NCBI GenBank assembly: GCA_963676725.1
Contig: OY781463.1
Coordinates: forward strand, 4,332,640-4,396,639
Direction of reading: 5' to 3'
DNA from: Bacteroidales bacterium
Lineage (GTDB): Bacteria; Bacteroidota; Bacteroidia; Bacteroidales; WRLA01
Length of the DNA: 64,000 bases
The translations under genes were made by a program, and so were the position numbers. Of this stretch, positions 27,069 to 37,506 are shown piece after piece (position 1 is the first letter of the stretch; each line of letters begins with the position of its first letter). Under the pieces are notes generated by a model. It saw nothing but the letters and a program-made list of their open reading frames with translations. It searched no databases and was not told where the DNA came from.

Positions 27069-29183
27069 ATGAAATTAAAACGTATCCCCAGATTTTACGG
27101 ATTTCGAATTTATGCAGCTTCCACTGTCATATATATGCTTTTGGTTTTCCCTTCACTGCTGATTGTTCTTATTCAGAACATGCCAAAGATGGACGAGATT
27201 TCTTCGGTGCTCACTAATGTTTCGGTGCATAATGATAGTCTTGTTAACCAAAGTGACACAACATTCAACCCCAATGATACATCCCTAAGGATCAACCCAT
27301 TTACTCTTCAGGTTGATACGATGGTAAATACTGGCGATACTCTGGTAGGGGGCTTCAGGCAACAAAGAAGCATAAACCAAGATGATAGCGAATCCCTTCT
27401 TGGTAAAGCGATTAACCTCTTTTTTATGTTGCTTACCATTTCTTTTCTGCTGGGATGGATTTTCAATTACCCTTTTAAACGCTACATCAATAGAAAACGA
27501 AAAAATAAAAAAATCTCCCCGGGGCTCTATCGGTTTTGCAAATCGCTGCTCCTTAAAGTGCCTTTAATTAATACCGGCATTTTATTGATTACTTATGGAA
27601 TCAGTAATGCGAATATGCTGTATTATGTGCAGCAACAATCAGCTTTTGAGAACGAATTTGAATTCCTGATCTATAAGCAATTTTTTTATGTCTCTTTCAT
27701 TGCCAGTATCATGGCATTGCTGTTTGTGTATTTCTGGACAAAACACCGCGTACACCTCAAACACCTCCATTGTTTCTTTACTGAAGGCGAATTAAGACGA
27801 CGTATTTTTCGTGAAAAAGCGGGAAAAATAAGCACACGTCTTTGGATTTCTTCCGCTATGACCACCCTCCTTCCGTTAATTATTGTGATTATATATCTCT
27901 ACCGCAGCGTTACTTCATTATCGGATATTGGGCTTACAGTCGATGTATTGTCAGAGGATCAGATAAAAATCCTTTTTGGGGAATATTCACGATTTTCTTG
28001 GATGCTGGACATTACAGAAAAGATGAACCCAGAAAACCTAAGTTACGTAAATATTACAGACAGGGTATTGATGTTTGCCGGTATCTATTCGGGTATTTTT
28101 GTCTCACTTCTTTATATCCTTTTCTTTGTTAAATGGACTACTGATGATATCGTATATCCTGTAAAAGAGCTACTTGCAAACATGCAAAAAACCGGCGAAG
28201 GCGACCTAAGCAGCTTTAGTATGGTACGAACCAATGATGAAATTGGGGAGCTTACAGAGGGATACAATGAAATGGCCCAACGCCTACGCGATTATATCGC
28301 CAACATCAGCAGAATGAATGAAGCATACTACCGTTTTGTTCCCCGGCAATTCCTCGAATTTCTTGGAAAAGAGAGTGTTGTAGATGTAAAATTAGGCGAT
28401 CAGGTGCAAAAAGAAATGTCGGTGCTTTTTACTGACATCCGCTCATTCACTAGCCTCTCAGAACAAATGACCCCTGCGGAAAACTTTAATTTTATCAATA
28501 ATTACCTCGGGTTGATGGAGCCTGTAATTACACATCATGGAGGTTTTATTGATAAATTTATGGGCGATTCAATCATGGCCCTCTTTCCCGGAAAAGTGGA
28601 AGAAGCCCTGAATGCCGCCATTGAAATGAAACGCACGCTGAACGACTACAACCAAATCCGAGAGACAGAAGGGAATACTCCGATTAAAACAGGAATCGGT
28701 ATTCATACCGGCAACCTTATGCTGGGCGTTGTTGGCGGAATAGGCCGTATGGAAGGAACCGTTATTTCTGATGCAGTAAACCTTGCTTCCCGCTTAGAAG
28801 GGCTTACAAAGCTTTATGGAACATCAATAATTATCAGTCAGGATACACTGATAAAACTCGATAATCCCACTCTATATTCATACCGCTTCCTTGATGTGGT
28901 AAAAGTACGGGGGAAAAAAGAATCTGTCTATATTTTTGAAATATTGGACGGACTGCCCGACCAGGCCAAGCAATTACGCATTAAAACCCGCAAAGAATTT
29001 GGAATCGGGCTCGATGCTTATAAAATCCGTGATTTTGAAAAGGCCAAAGAAACCTTTGAAAAAATCCTGGAAATAAACCCACATGATCAGGCAGTTCAGC
29101 TGTATATATCACGTTGTGATGATATTATGGAAAACGGAATTTCTGATGATTGGGATGGCGTTGAAGTCATCAACACCAAATAG
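27069..29183 (+). CDS. Membrane-bound class III adenylate/guanylate cyclase with HAMP domain and C-terminal TPR-like tail
   Basis: The protein has several TM helices and a HAMP-like linker (VYPVKELLANMQKTGEGDLS...EIGELTEGYNEMAQRL). The cyclase homology domain blocks are VLFTDIRSFTSLSE, KFMGDSIMALF, GIHTGNLMLGVVGG and VISDAVNLASRLEGL. Confidence 0.85.
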   Translation: MKLKRIPRFYGFRIYAASTVIYMLLVFPSLLIVLIQNMPKMDEISSVLTNVSVHNDSLVNQSDTTFNPNDTSLRINPFTLQVDTMVNTGDTLVGGFRQQRSINQDDSESLLGKAINLFFMLLTISFLLGWIFNYPFKRYINRKRKNKKISPGLYRFCKSLLLKVPLINTGILLITYGISNANMLYYVQQQSAFENEFEFLIYKQFFYVSFIASIMALLFVYFWTKHRVHLKHLHCFFTEGELRRRIFREKAGKISTRLWISSAMTTLLPLIIVIIYLYRSVTSLSDIGLTVDVLSEDQIKILFGEYSRFSWMLDITEKMNPENLSYVNITDRVLMFAGIYSGIFVSLLYILFFVKWTTDDIVYPVKELLANMQKTGEGDLSSFSMVRTNDEIGELTEGYNEMAQRLRDYIANISRMNEAYYRFVPRQFLEFLGKESVVDVKLGDQVQKEMSVLFTDIRSFTSLSEQMTPAENFNFINNYLGLMEPVITHHGGFIDKFMGDSIMALFPGKVEEALNAAIEMKRTLNDYNQIRETEGNTPIKTGIGIHTGNLMLGVVGGIGRMEGTVISDAVNLASRLEGLTKLYGTSIIISQDTLIKLDNPTLYSYRFLDVVKVRGKKESVYIFEILDGLPDQAKQLRIKTRKEFGIGLDAYKIRDFEKAKETFEKILEINPHDQAVQLYISRCDDIMENGISDDWDGVEVINTK

Positions 29184-29273
29184 CAATTATCAGTAAATGC
29201 CTAAAAGCTCCCCAAAATAAGCAGTGCTGCTAGATTAAGTCATGGTACAACAGAAATTTCATGTCTGATTTTG

Positions 29274-29281
29274 TAAGTTTG
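29274..29281 (+). promoter_or_regulatory. Bacteroidetes-type -7 box (TAAGTTTG)
   Basis: An exact TAnnTTTG match lies 11 nt upstream of the ispG ATG. Confidence 0.35.
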
Positions 29282-29292
29282 CAAAAAAAATC

Positions 29293-30975
29293 ATGGCAAA
29301 AGATTACCGTCAATATATCAGCAGGGAAATTTCTATAGGATCACTAAAGCTAGGCGGAAACCAACCCGTACGCCTCCAATCCATGACCTCTGCCAATACT
29401 ATGGACACCAATGCAATAATGGCGCAATGCAGGAAAATGCTTGCAGCAGGTTGTGCGCTTATCCGCATCACAGCACCTGGTGTAAAAGAAGCTGGGCATT
29501 TATCTGTGATAAAAAAGAACCTCATCGAATCCGGTTATGATGTACCCCTGATTGCAGATATTCACTACAGTCCAAAAGCTGCTGAAATTGCCGCCACTAT
29601 TGTAGAAAAAGTGCGCATCAACCCGGGAAATTATACAGATAAAAAACGAGGCAAAACCCATTGGACAGAGGAAGAATATCAAGACGATATTAAAAAAATT
29701 GAAAGCCGCCTGCTTCCTCTAATCGAAATCTGCAAAAAACATAATACAGCAATGCGCATTGGCGCAAACCATGGCTCACTGTCCGAACGAATCATGGCAA
29801 GATATGGTGATACAGCAGATGGTATGGTAGAATCTGCACTCGAATTTGTGCGTATCTGCCGAAAAAACAATTACCACCAATTGGTGCTTTCAATGAAATC
29901 GAGCAATACAGGCATTATGATTTATGCCAGCCGCTTATTGGTACAAAAAATGATGGAAGAAGGCATGGATTATCCATTGCACCTTGGTGTTACCGAAGCC
30001 GGTGAAGGAGCTGATGGAAGAATAAAATCTGCCCTGGGCATCGGTACTTTGCTGGCTGAAGGAATTGGCAATACAATTCGCGTTAGCCTGACCGAAGACC
30101 CTGAATTTGAACTGCCCGTAGCGAAAAAAATCGTTGACCAAAACAGAACCGATAACAATCAAATTTACAGCCTGTTTTTTAATCCCTTTGGCTTTGAACG
30201 CAGAAAAAGCAGACAAGTCTTAGTTATTGGAGGCGATCAGATTCCCCGGGTTTTCTCTACGAAAGCAAACACAAAACCCCAACCCGACTATGAATTAATT
30301 GAGCAGCAGCAAGATAAAATTACTTTCCGCTCCCACCAAAATGAAAACATAAAAGGTTTATACATCACAAAAACAGATATTATTCCGGACAAAGACGCAA
30401 CCCTTTTGATTGCGGCTTTTAATAATGTATCTCAATATTATCAGTTTTTTGAACATCTACATCAGCACAAAATTGATACAGCTGTTGTACTTGCACCAAT
30501 CATTCATTCAGCGGATGAAGAAAATTACCAATTAAAGCTTGCTTCCATTGCCGGAAATTTATTCAGTAATGGCTTTGGTGATGGCATTTGGCTGCACAAC
30601 GAATTCTTACATACTCCTTTTTTAACGCAAACGGCATTTGCTGTTTTACAGGCAGCGCGCCGGCGCTTCTCAAGAACAGAATACATCAGTTGCCCTTCCT
30701 GTGGGAGAACACAGTATAATATTCAGGACGCTGTTCAAAAAGTCAAGGCAGCAACATCTCATCTAAGCGGCATCACTATTGGTGTAATGGGTTGTATTGT
30801 AAATGGTCCCGGGGAAATGGCCGGAGCTGATTATGGCTATGTTGGCGCAGGAAATAAAACGATAGTGCTGTTTAAGGGCAAGGAAGCCGTTAGCGAAAAA
30901 ATCCCCGAACATGAAGCCGTTCAACGATTAGTAGAATTGATAAAAGCCAATGGCGATTGGAAAGAAGCCGAATAA
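29293..30975 (+). CDS. ispG: 4-hydroxy-3-methylbut-2-en-1-yl diphosphate synthase, long (insert-containing) form
   Basis: The blocks GSLKLGGNQPVRLQSMT, RINPGN and GANHGSL are present, along with the C-terminal Fe-S motif SCPSCGRT ... GCIVNGPGE. An insert of about 130 aa lies between the TIM-barrel and the Fe-S domain, as in Bacteroidetes, Chlamydia and plant-type enzymes. Confidence 0.9.
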   Translation: MAKDYRQYISREISIGSLKLGGNQPVRLQSMTSANTMDTNAIMAQCRKMLAAGCALIRITAPGVKEAGHLSVIKKNLIESGYDVPLIADIHYSPKAAEIAATIVEKVRINPGNYTDKKRGKTHWTEEEYQDDIKKIESRLLPLIEICKKHNTAMRIGANHGSLSERIMARYGDTADGMVESALEFVRICRKNNYHQLVLSMKSSNTGIMIYASRLLVQKMMEEGMDYPLHLGVTEAGEGADGRIKSALGIGTLLAEGIGNTIRVSLTEDPEFELPVAKKIVDQNRTDNNQIYSLFFNPFGFERRKSRQVLVIGGDQIPRVFSTKANTKPQPDYELIEQQQDKITFRSHQNENIKGLYITKTDIIPDKDATLLIAAFNNVSQYYQFFEHLHQHKIDTAVVLAPIIHSADEENYQLKLASIAGNLFSNGFGDGIWLHNEFLHTPFLTQTAFAVLQAARRRFSRTEYISCPSCGRTQYNIQDAVQKVKAATSHLSGITIGVMGCIVNGPGEMAGADYGYVGAGNKTIVLFKGKEAVSEKIPEHEAVQRLVELIKANGDWKEAE

Positions 30976-31068
30976 AAATCGCCCTTTTGCTCATTCTTTC
31001 TAATTTTTCAACAATTGTGCAGTATCCCTGTTTCTTTAGTCTAAGATATACGATACAAAACGATTTTT

Positions 31069-32130
31069 ATGGGTTTCTTTAGTAATCTTCTCCATATACC
31101 CCAATTGGGTGCAAGTGCATCCCAAAAAGAAATAGCCGAATTTAAAAAACTCGACTATTTTAAACACAATCGTTTTGTAAATCCGGTGGAAACAATGATG
31201 ACCCCACCACCTGCAAAAATTATGTGGGACTTTGCTTTTCGAAAAGAAAACCGCTATCCATCAGCCCCAATACCAAGTATTGCTCCCAACCATGAAGAAT
31301 ACAATCAGGCAGTGTCAAATGAATTTCCCGTTTCCTCCTGGCTTGGTCATTCTTCCATATTTCTGAATATGGCCGGTTTGAATATTCTTATCGACCCTGT
31401 TTTTTCAAAAAGGGCGTCCCTCTTTTCGTTTTTGGGGCCATCAGCATTTCCTTATTCATCGCCTATTAGCCTAAGCAATTTTCCAAATATCGATTTGGCA
31501 CTAATCTCTCACGACCATTACGACCATCTGGATTATCACACAATAAAGCAATTAAAATCAACGCATTTTATTGTCCCATTAGGGGTTGGCGCCCATCTGC
31601 GGACATGGGGCATTCAAAAGGACAAAATTATTGAACTGGGCCGATGGCAGGAAACTGATTTTAAAAGCCTCAAAATCACACTAACGCCTACCAGACATTT
31701 TAGCGGACGCGGCCTCAAAGACCGCTTCAAAAGCCTTTGGGGAGGATTTGCTTTAAAAGGGGATGATAAAAATGTATTCTTTAGTGGTGATTCAGGATAT
31801 TTTCAAGGCTTTAAAGAGATTGGAAAGCGCTTGGGGCCTTTTGATCTTGCTTTTATTGAAAACGGCCAATACAACAAATATTGGTCAAATATCCATATGA
31901 TGCCGGAAGAAACAGCCCTAGTTGGGGAAGATATTGGCGCAAGCTATGTTGTTCCTGTTCATTGGGGGAAATTTTCATTAAGCCTACATTCCTGGTATGA
32001 GCCTGCAGAGCGTTTTTTAAAAGCCTCAAATTCATATAGTTATAAAACACTTTACCCTCTTCCGGGAGCTATTATCTCGCCGGCTGACAGAAACAATTAT
32101 TGGTGGCGAAATAATTTATTCAGCCGATGA
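31069..32130 (+). CDS. MBL-fold metallo-hydrolase (NAPE-PLD-like)
   Basis: The metal-binding motif ISHDHYDHLD is present. Later His and Asp residues (TPTRHFSGR, FSGDSGY, VPVHWG) follow the order typical of beta-lactamase-fold hydrolases. Confidence 0.7.
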   Translation: MGFFSNLLHIPQLGASASQKEIAEFKKLDYFKHNRFVNPVETMMTPPPAKIMWDFAFRKENRYPSAPIPSIAPNHEEYNQAVSNEFPVSSWLGHSSIFLNMAGLNILIDPVFSKRASLFSFLGPSAFPYSSPISLSNFPNIDLALISHDHYDHLDYHTIKQLKSTHFIVPLGVGAHLRTWGIQKDKIIELGRWQETDFKSLKITLTPTRHFSGRGLKDRFKSLWGGFALKGDDKNVFFSGDSGYFQGFKEIGKRLGPFDLAFIENGQYNKYWSNIHMMPEETALVGEDIGASYVVPVHWGKFSLSLHSWYEPAERFLKASNSYSYKTLYPLPGAIISPADRNNYWWRNNLFSR

Positions 32131-32198
32131 TACAAAACTTAGGTTGTGTGTTTTAAAACGCATCAGTACTTTTTCCAACAAAATGATTTTTTTTCTAC

Positions 32199-32206
32199 TA
32201 CCTTTG
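32199..32206 (+). promoter_or_regulatory. Bacteroidetes-type -7 box (TACCTTTG)
   Basis: An exact TAnnTTTG match lies 45 nt upstream of the peptidase ATG. Confidence 0.35.
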
Positions 32207-32250
32207 TGTTAATCAATTTATCAAGCAACTAAACCCAAATTATTTATCGT

Positions 32251-34194
32251 ATGAAAAAACAAGGATCAATGTTCATGGCTACATTGCTGATGATGGCATC
32301 TTTAACGATGTTGTTTTCATGCAATTGCCCAACTCAAGACAAAGAAATGGTTATTGAAAAAGCAAAACAAATCCCTTTGGAGGATTTCTTCAAAAATCCG
32401 GAGAAAACCAGTTATCAAATTTCGCCCGACGGCAAATATTACAGCTATAAAGCGCCTTACGAAAACAGGCTAAATGTATTTGTTGTGCCTGTTGATGGCG
32501 GAGAAGCTGTTCGTTTAACATCAGAAACCGACCGTGCTATTTCCGGTTACTTCTGGGCCAATAACAATCGCATCCTCTATCTAAAAGACAATGGCGGCGA
32601 TGAAAATTTCAAGCTTTATGGCGTAAATATTGACGGATCAAACCAAGTTTGTTTTACTGATTTTAAAGACGTAAGAACACAAATTATTGATGATCTGGAA
32701 GATATTCCTGATGAAGTAATTATTGGGCTCAACAAGCGAAACCCAATGGTTTTTGATCCATACCGCCTGAATATCGTAACCGGTGAAATGACTATGCTCT
32801 ATGAAAACCCAGGAAATATCCAGGGATGGATGACTGACCATGATGGCAAACTCCGTATAGCCTATGTTCTTGATGGTGTAAATACAAGTATGCTCTATCG
32901 TGAAACTGAAAAGGACGAATTCAAAACGATCTTAACAACAAGTTTTAAAGATCAGCTTTCTCCTATGTTCTTTACCTTCGATAATAAAAACCTTTATGCC
33001 ACTTCCAATCTGGAACGCGACAAATCTGCTGCCGTAATTTTTGATCTGGAAACAGCAAAAGTGAGTGAAGTGCTGTATGAAAACCCAAATTATGACGTGA
33101 GTGGCATCAGCTATTCCCGCAAGCGCAAGGTAATTACTGCTGCATATTATACAGGATACAAGCAAGAATACAAATTCTTTGATAAGACTTCAGAAGAAGC
33201 TTTTACGGATCTTATGACAAAACTGCCCGGTTATGAGATTGCTGTAACATCGCGCAACAAAGAAGAGGATAAGTACATCGTTCGTACATACAGCGACCGT
33301 TCTTTAGGTGCTTATTACTTATATGATGTTGCAACAAAATCTTTGGACAAAATTACTGATGTAAGCCCTTGGATTGATGAAAATGAAATGGCAAATGTAT
33401 TCCCAATCAAATATGAAGCCCGTGATGGTCTGAAAATAGAGGGATACCTTACACTTCCCAAAGGATATACTATGGAAAACGCCAAGAACCTTCCGGTTGT
33501 TGTAAATCCTCACGGAGGACCTTGGGCACGTGATTCATGGGGTTTTAATCCTGAAATCCAATTCCTTGCAAACAGAGGCTATGCTATTCTACAAATGAAT
33601 TTCAGAGGCTCTACCGGCTTTGGAAAAGACTTCTGGGAAAAAAGCTTTAAGCAATGGGGCCTTACAATGCAGGACGACATCACTGATGGTGTAAATTGGC
33701 TGGTTGAAAAAGGTATTGCAGATGAAAGCAGAATAGCTATCTATGGCGCAAGCTATGGCGGTTATGCTACATTACAAGGTATCGTGGTTACGCCTGAGCT
33801 TTATGCCGCTGCTATTGATTATGTTGGTGTTTCCAATCTATTTTCCTTTATGAAAACCATTCCTCCATATTGGAAGCCCATGCTTGATATGATGTATGAA
33901 ATGGTTGGAAACCCTGTTACTGATAGCGTTCAGTTGGCTGCAACTTCTCCAGCCCTCAATGCTGATAAAATTATCACACCTCTCTTTATTGCACAAGGCG
34001 CAAACGACCCACGTGTAAACAAAGATGAATCTGATCAAATGGTTGCTGCTTTAAAAGCCAGAAATGTTGCCGTGGAATATATGGTGAAAGACAACGAAGG
34101 CCATGGTTTCCATAACAAAGAAAACCAATTTGAATTTTATGGCGCTATGGAAAAATTCCTTGCAAAACAAATGCAAATAGAAAGCCCAGAATAA
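32251..34194 (+). CDS. S9-family serine peptidase (prolyl oligopeptidase / dipeptidyl aminopeptidase-like) lipoprotein
   Basis: A lipoprotein signal is present (LTMLFSCNC). The N-terminal half is a beta-propeller-like region. The C-terminal catalytic domain has the GASYGGY nucleophile elbow, GANDPRV and EGHGF. Confidence 0.85.
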   Translation: MKKQGSMFMATLLMMASLTMLFSCNCPTQDKEMVIEKAKQIPLEDFFKNPEKTSYQISPDGKYYSYKAPYENRLNVFVVPVDGGEAVRLTSETDRAISGYFWANNNRILYLKDNGGDENFKLYGVNIDGSNQVCFTDFKDVRTQIIDDLEDIPDEVIIGLNKRNPMVFDPYRLNIVTGEMTMLYENPGNIQGWMTDHDGKLRIAYVLDGVNTSMLYRETEKDEFKTILTTSFKDQLSPMFFTFDNKNLYATSNLERDKSAAVIFDLETAKVSEVLYENPNYDVSGISYSRKRKVITAAYYTGYKQEYKFFDKTSEEAFTDLMTKLPGYEIAVTSRNKEEDKYIVRTYSDRSLGAYYLYDVATKSLDKITDVSPWIDENEMANVFPIKYEARDGLKIEGYLTLPKGYTMENAKNLPVVVNPHGGPWARDSWGFNPEIQFLANRGYAILQMNFRGSTGFGKDFWEKSFKQWGLTMQDDITDGVNWLVEKGIADESRIAIYGASYGGYATLQGIVVTPELYAAAIDYVGVSNLFSFMKTIPPYWKPMLDMMYEMVGNPVTDSVQLAATSPALNADKIITPLFIAQGANDPRVNKDESDQMVAALKARNVAVEYMVKDNEGHGFHNKENQFEFYGAMEKFLAKQMQIESPE

Positions 34195-34212
34195 AGGCTT
34201 GCCAGATTTAAT

Positions 34213-34247
34213 AAAAAAGCCGGGCCTTTTTTGGTTCCGGCTTTTTT
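34213..34247 (+). terminator. Rho-independent terminator of the S9 peptidase gene
   Basis: AAAAAAGCCGG ... CCGGCTTTTTT forms a hairpin (GCCGG 34219..34223 pairs with CCGGC 34237..34241) followed by a T6 run. Confidence 0.7.
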
Positions 34248-34571
34248 GCGTCAATAATCATAAAGATACCGACCATATGCAAACTGACCCGTCGTCATTT
34301 TATAGATAAGCCGTAGGCCTTTTGGAAGCAGTTCACTTTTTTTAATTGCAAAATTTGACATCTAAAAACCGCCAGAACTTTATATGTGATTCCATTAATT
34401 TTTCCAATAATATATATAACCATTTTTATACTTCTGAATATCTACATATTATGATATAGTGACTTTTGGTTTACTCTGGAAAATTTGCAAATTGTGTGAA
34501 GTGTTTTCTTTCTTTTAGCGTTTAAGGTGCTATTGCTCGAAAACCAATACCTTTACACGCAAAAAAGCATT

Positions 34572-37241
34572 ATGGGTTTATTCAGACATCAGATAGTAAC
34601 AATTTTGTTGGGCCTTTTATGTGTTTCCGCTACGGCGCAAAACATAACTGAGGTGCTAACCTATAGGGCGCTTGGTCCCTACCGCGCCGGTTCGTGGATT
34701 TCGGCTATTGCCGTTCCCGAAGGCAATCAGCCCCAATCTGACTACACCTTCTTCATCGGTGCTCGTCATGGTGGTGTCTGGAAAACCGAAAACCGGGGCA
34801 TCACTTTTTTTCCGGTCTTCGATTCAACGGAAGTAATGAGCATCGGCGATATTGCCATTGCAAAAACGAATCCTGAAATCGTTTGGGTGGGCACAGGCGA
34901 AGCTTCTAATGCCAGAAGCTCACATGCAGGAAAAGGTGTATATAAATCAGACGACGGAGGGAAATCCTGGGTCTGCAAAGGCCTTGAGGACTCCCAGCAT
35001 ATTTCAAAAGTGATCATCCACCCCAAAAACCCACAAATCGTTTGGGTCGCAGCAATGGGCCATTTGTTTTCTCCCAACGATATACGCGGAATTTTTAAAA
35101 CCACTGACGGAGGTGAAAGCTGGGAAAAAGTCTTGTATATCGATGAAAACACCGGTGTAATCGATATGATCATCAACCCCGAAAATCCCAATATCCTGTA
35201 TGCGTCGACTTATGAAAAATACCGGCTGCCATGGCATTATGAAGCCGGAGGCAACAATAGCGACATCTTCAAATCGATCGATGGGGGAGAGAATTGGACA
35301 AGGCTAGCTAACGGTTTACCAGACGGTAAGCTCGGCAGGATAGGTCTAGCACTCTGCTACAGCAAACCGGAGATCGTCTATGCTGTAATTGAAAACCTAA
35401 ACCCCAAACCTGGTGTCACTATCAACGAATCTGTTGGAATGAATCATCTCCGCGACAGCTATTTTGACCAGATGATTGGCGGCGAACTATACCGTTCATC
35501 CGACAATGGCCAGAGTTGGGAAAAACGCAACGATACCAGTTACAACCTGTCGGCAAAGGCAGCATATTCTTTCAACAAAATCATGGTGGCATCTGACAAT
35601 CCTGACATCGTATATGTTTCAAGCGACTTGATGATGTATTCAGAGGATGGGGGCAAAACCTGGCCCGATTATTTATGGCCACCCACGGTGCTCAGTGCTA
35701 AAATCTTCGGGGACCACCGCTGTATGTGGATGGATCCAAAGGACGGACGCCACCTCATGTTTGGCAGCGATGGCGGTGCTTATGAGTCTTTCGACCGTGG
35801 CAAGACTTTTATCCATCATGAAAACATTCCTCTTGGCGGTATTTATAGCGTTGAAACCGATAATGCTTTTCCTTACAATATTTACTTTGGGTTACAGGAT
35901 CATGAAGTCTGGAAAGGGCCATCAAACAGCTGGTCAGGCGAAATAGGCCCTGAAGATTGGGTAATCACCGGGATGTGGGATGGTATGTACACCAAAGTTG
36001 ACCCACAGGACTGTCGCTGGCTTTATACTACTACGCAGTTTGGATCACACCTGCGTGTGGATCAATTTCTGGGCGAACGAGTAAGTATCGAACCCAAAGC
36101 CCCGGAAGGCACTGCTGACTATCGTTTTTGCTGGACCACCCCCTTGGAGCTTTCGCCACACAATCCGAGGGTGATTTATACCGGCGGGCAGATGCTGCTG
36201 CGTTCACCTGATAGGGGCAATAGCTGGGAGGAAATCAGTCCGGATCTTACCAGCAATGATGCTGAAAAAATTGCTGGAAAAGGCCATATGATGTATTGCA
36301 GCATCACCACCATTTCCGAATCCACCTTGCAGGAAGGTCTGATTTGGGTTGGAACCGACGACGGGCATGTATGGGCTACTCTCGATAATGGTGCTACATG
36401 GCAGGAATTTACCGCTGATATTGAAAATTGCGGAGGTAAGGCTGAAGAATGGGTTTCTAGAGTGCTGGCTTCACCTCACCAGGCAGGGAAAGCTTTTGTT
36501 TGCAAATCAGGCTATCGCAGTGATGATTTCAGGGCGATGGTTTTTAAAACCACAGACTTTGGCCAGAACTGGACAAACATCAGCGCAGGATTACCTGAAG
36601 CCCCGGTGAACGTGATTGCAGAAGATCCTCAGCGCGAAGGATTATTATACCTAGGTAACGATCAAGGTGTCTTTATCAGTTTTGATGACGGAGACAGCTG
36701 GCAAGCATTTAAAAACAATATGCCTGCAGCTCCGGTAAAAGACCTAAAAATCCATCCGCAGGCAAATGATCTGGTGGTTGGAACATACGGTCGTGGTGGG
36801 TTTATTACTGACACCTGGCCTTTGCAGCATTTCTCGCCCGACATCACCGAAAAGCCTATGCATCTATTCCCGATAGAAAGCAAGCCACAAAGAAACTATT
36901 CGCAACGCGCTCTGTGGGGAAACTATGAACATACTGGAGATAACTATCTCAGGTCTCCCAATGAACCCAACGGTCTGGCCATTTATTACTTCCTGAAAGA
37001 AACACCTGCAAGCAAAGCCTGGCTGCAAATTTTCGACGCGGAGGGTCATTCCCTCGACACCTTATCGATTGATCAGCAAAAAGGCTTTCACCTTGTTTAT
37101 TGGGATACACAGGATATAGAACCCGGAAAATACCTGATCAGGCTGATCACGGGAAAGCAACAAATGGAACAAAGTGCTGAAATTCTGGTTTCACCGATTT
37201 GGCCTGTGGGACATGGACCATGGTACAAAAAAGCAGAATAA
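34572..37241 (+). CDS. Secreted BNR/Asp-box repeat protein (sortilin/VPS10-like beta-propeller)
   Basis: Ten S/T-x-D-x-G-x-(S/T)-(W/F) Asp-boxes are present: SDDGGKSW, TTDGGESW, SIDGGENW, SSDNGQSW, SEDGGKTW, SFDRGKTF, SPDRGNSW, TLDNGATW, TTDFGQNW and SFDDGDSW. The ORF track starts at GTG 34527. I prefer the ATG at 34572, which gives a clean signal peptide (MGLFRHQIVTILLGLLCVSATAQ). Confidence 0.75.
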   Translation: MGLFRHQIVTILLGLLCVSATAQNITEVLTYRALGPYRAGSWISAIAVPEGNQPQSDYTFFIGARHGGVWKTENRGITFFPVFDSTEVMSIGDIAIAKTNPEIVWVGTGEASNARSSHAGKGVYKSDDGGKSWVCKGLEDSQHISKVIIHPKNPQIVWVAAMGHLFSPNDIRGIFKTTDGGESWEKVLYIDENTGVIDMIINPENPNILYASTYEKYRLPWHYEAGGNNSDIFKSIDGGENWTRLANGLPDGKLGRIGLALCYSKPEIVYAVIENLNPKPGVTINESVGMNHLRDSYFDQMIGGELYRSSDNGQSWEKRNDTSYNLSAKAAYSFNKIMVASDNPDIVYVSSDLMMYSEDGGKTWPDYLWPPTVLSAKIFGDHRCMWMDPKDGRHLMFGSDGGAYESFDRGKTFIHHENIPLGGIYSVETDNAFPYNIYFGLQDHEVWKGPSNSWSGEIGPEDWVITGMWDGMYTKVDPQDCRWLYTTTQFGSHLRVDQFLGERVSIEPKAPEGTADYRFCWTTPLELSPHNPRVIYTGGQMLLRSPDRGNSWEEISPDLTSNDAEKIAGKGHMMYCSITTISESTLQEGLIWVGTDDGHVWATLDNGATWQEFTADIENCGGKAEEWVSRVLASPHQAGKAFVCKSGYRSDDFRAMVFKTTDFGQNWTNISAGLPEAPVNVIAEDPQREGLLYLGNDQGVFISFDDGDSWQAFKNNMPAAPVKDLKIHPQANDLVVGTYGRGGFITDTWPLQHFSPDITEKPMHLFPIESKPQRNYSQRALWGNYEHTGDNYLRSPNEPNGLAIYYFLKETPASKAWLQIFDAEGHSLDTLSIDQQKGFHLVYWDTQDIEPGKYLIRLITGKQQMEQSAEILVSPIWPVGHGPWYKKAE

Positions 37242-37344
37242 ACTAATGCTTTTCATTTGTGTCCGTTTAAAGATATTTCGCCCCCGGCGAGACGTTTCTG
37301 CCTGATTTATGCGTTCGTTGTTCCGAATTCCTCATTTGTTGTTG

Positions 37345-37449
37345 ATGAATCAATGGATTAGGTTGAATAAAGAAAATCCATTTGCATTTTATGGCTCAAT
37401 GAAAAAAAAATTTCTCTCTAAACAAATGCAAATAAGACATTCTGAACAT
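37345..37449 (+). pseudogene. Decayed copy of the last ~30 codons of the S9 peptidase gene
   Basis: The region translates as LNKENPFAFYGSMKKKFLSKQMQIRHSE, against HNKENQFEFYGAMEKFLAKQMQIESPE* at 34111..34194. It carries a 3-nt insertion and has lost the stop codon. There is no upstream peptidase body, only an accidental ORF (37309..37557). Confidence 0.7.
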
Positions 37450-37472
37450 CTAAAATTTCAAATAAAAGCACA

Positions 37473-37506
37473 AAAAAGCCGGAACTTTATTCGTTTCGGC
37501 TTTTTT
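37473..37506. terminator. Bidirectional terminator hairpin, homologous to the 34213..34247 terminator
   Basis: AAAAAAGCCG ... CGGCTTTTTT has A/T runs on both sides. It lies 20 nt downstream of the minus-strand gene ending at 37526 and at the end of the peptidase 3' relic. Confidence 0.6.

Noticed and set aside
29293-30975. IspG is about 190 aa longer than the E. coli enzyme, which could indicate a gene fusion.
   Set aside because: The extra segment is internal, between the TIM-barrel and the Fe-S domain. This corresponds to the known insert domain of the long-form enzymes, so it is not novel.
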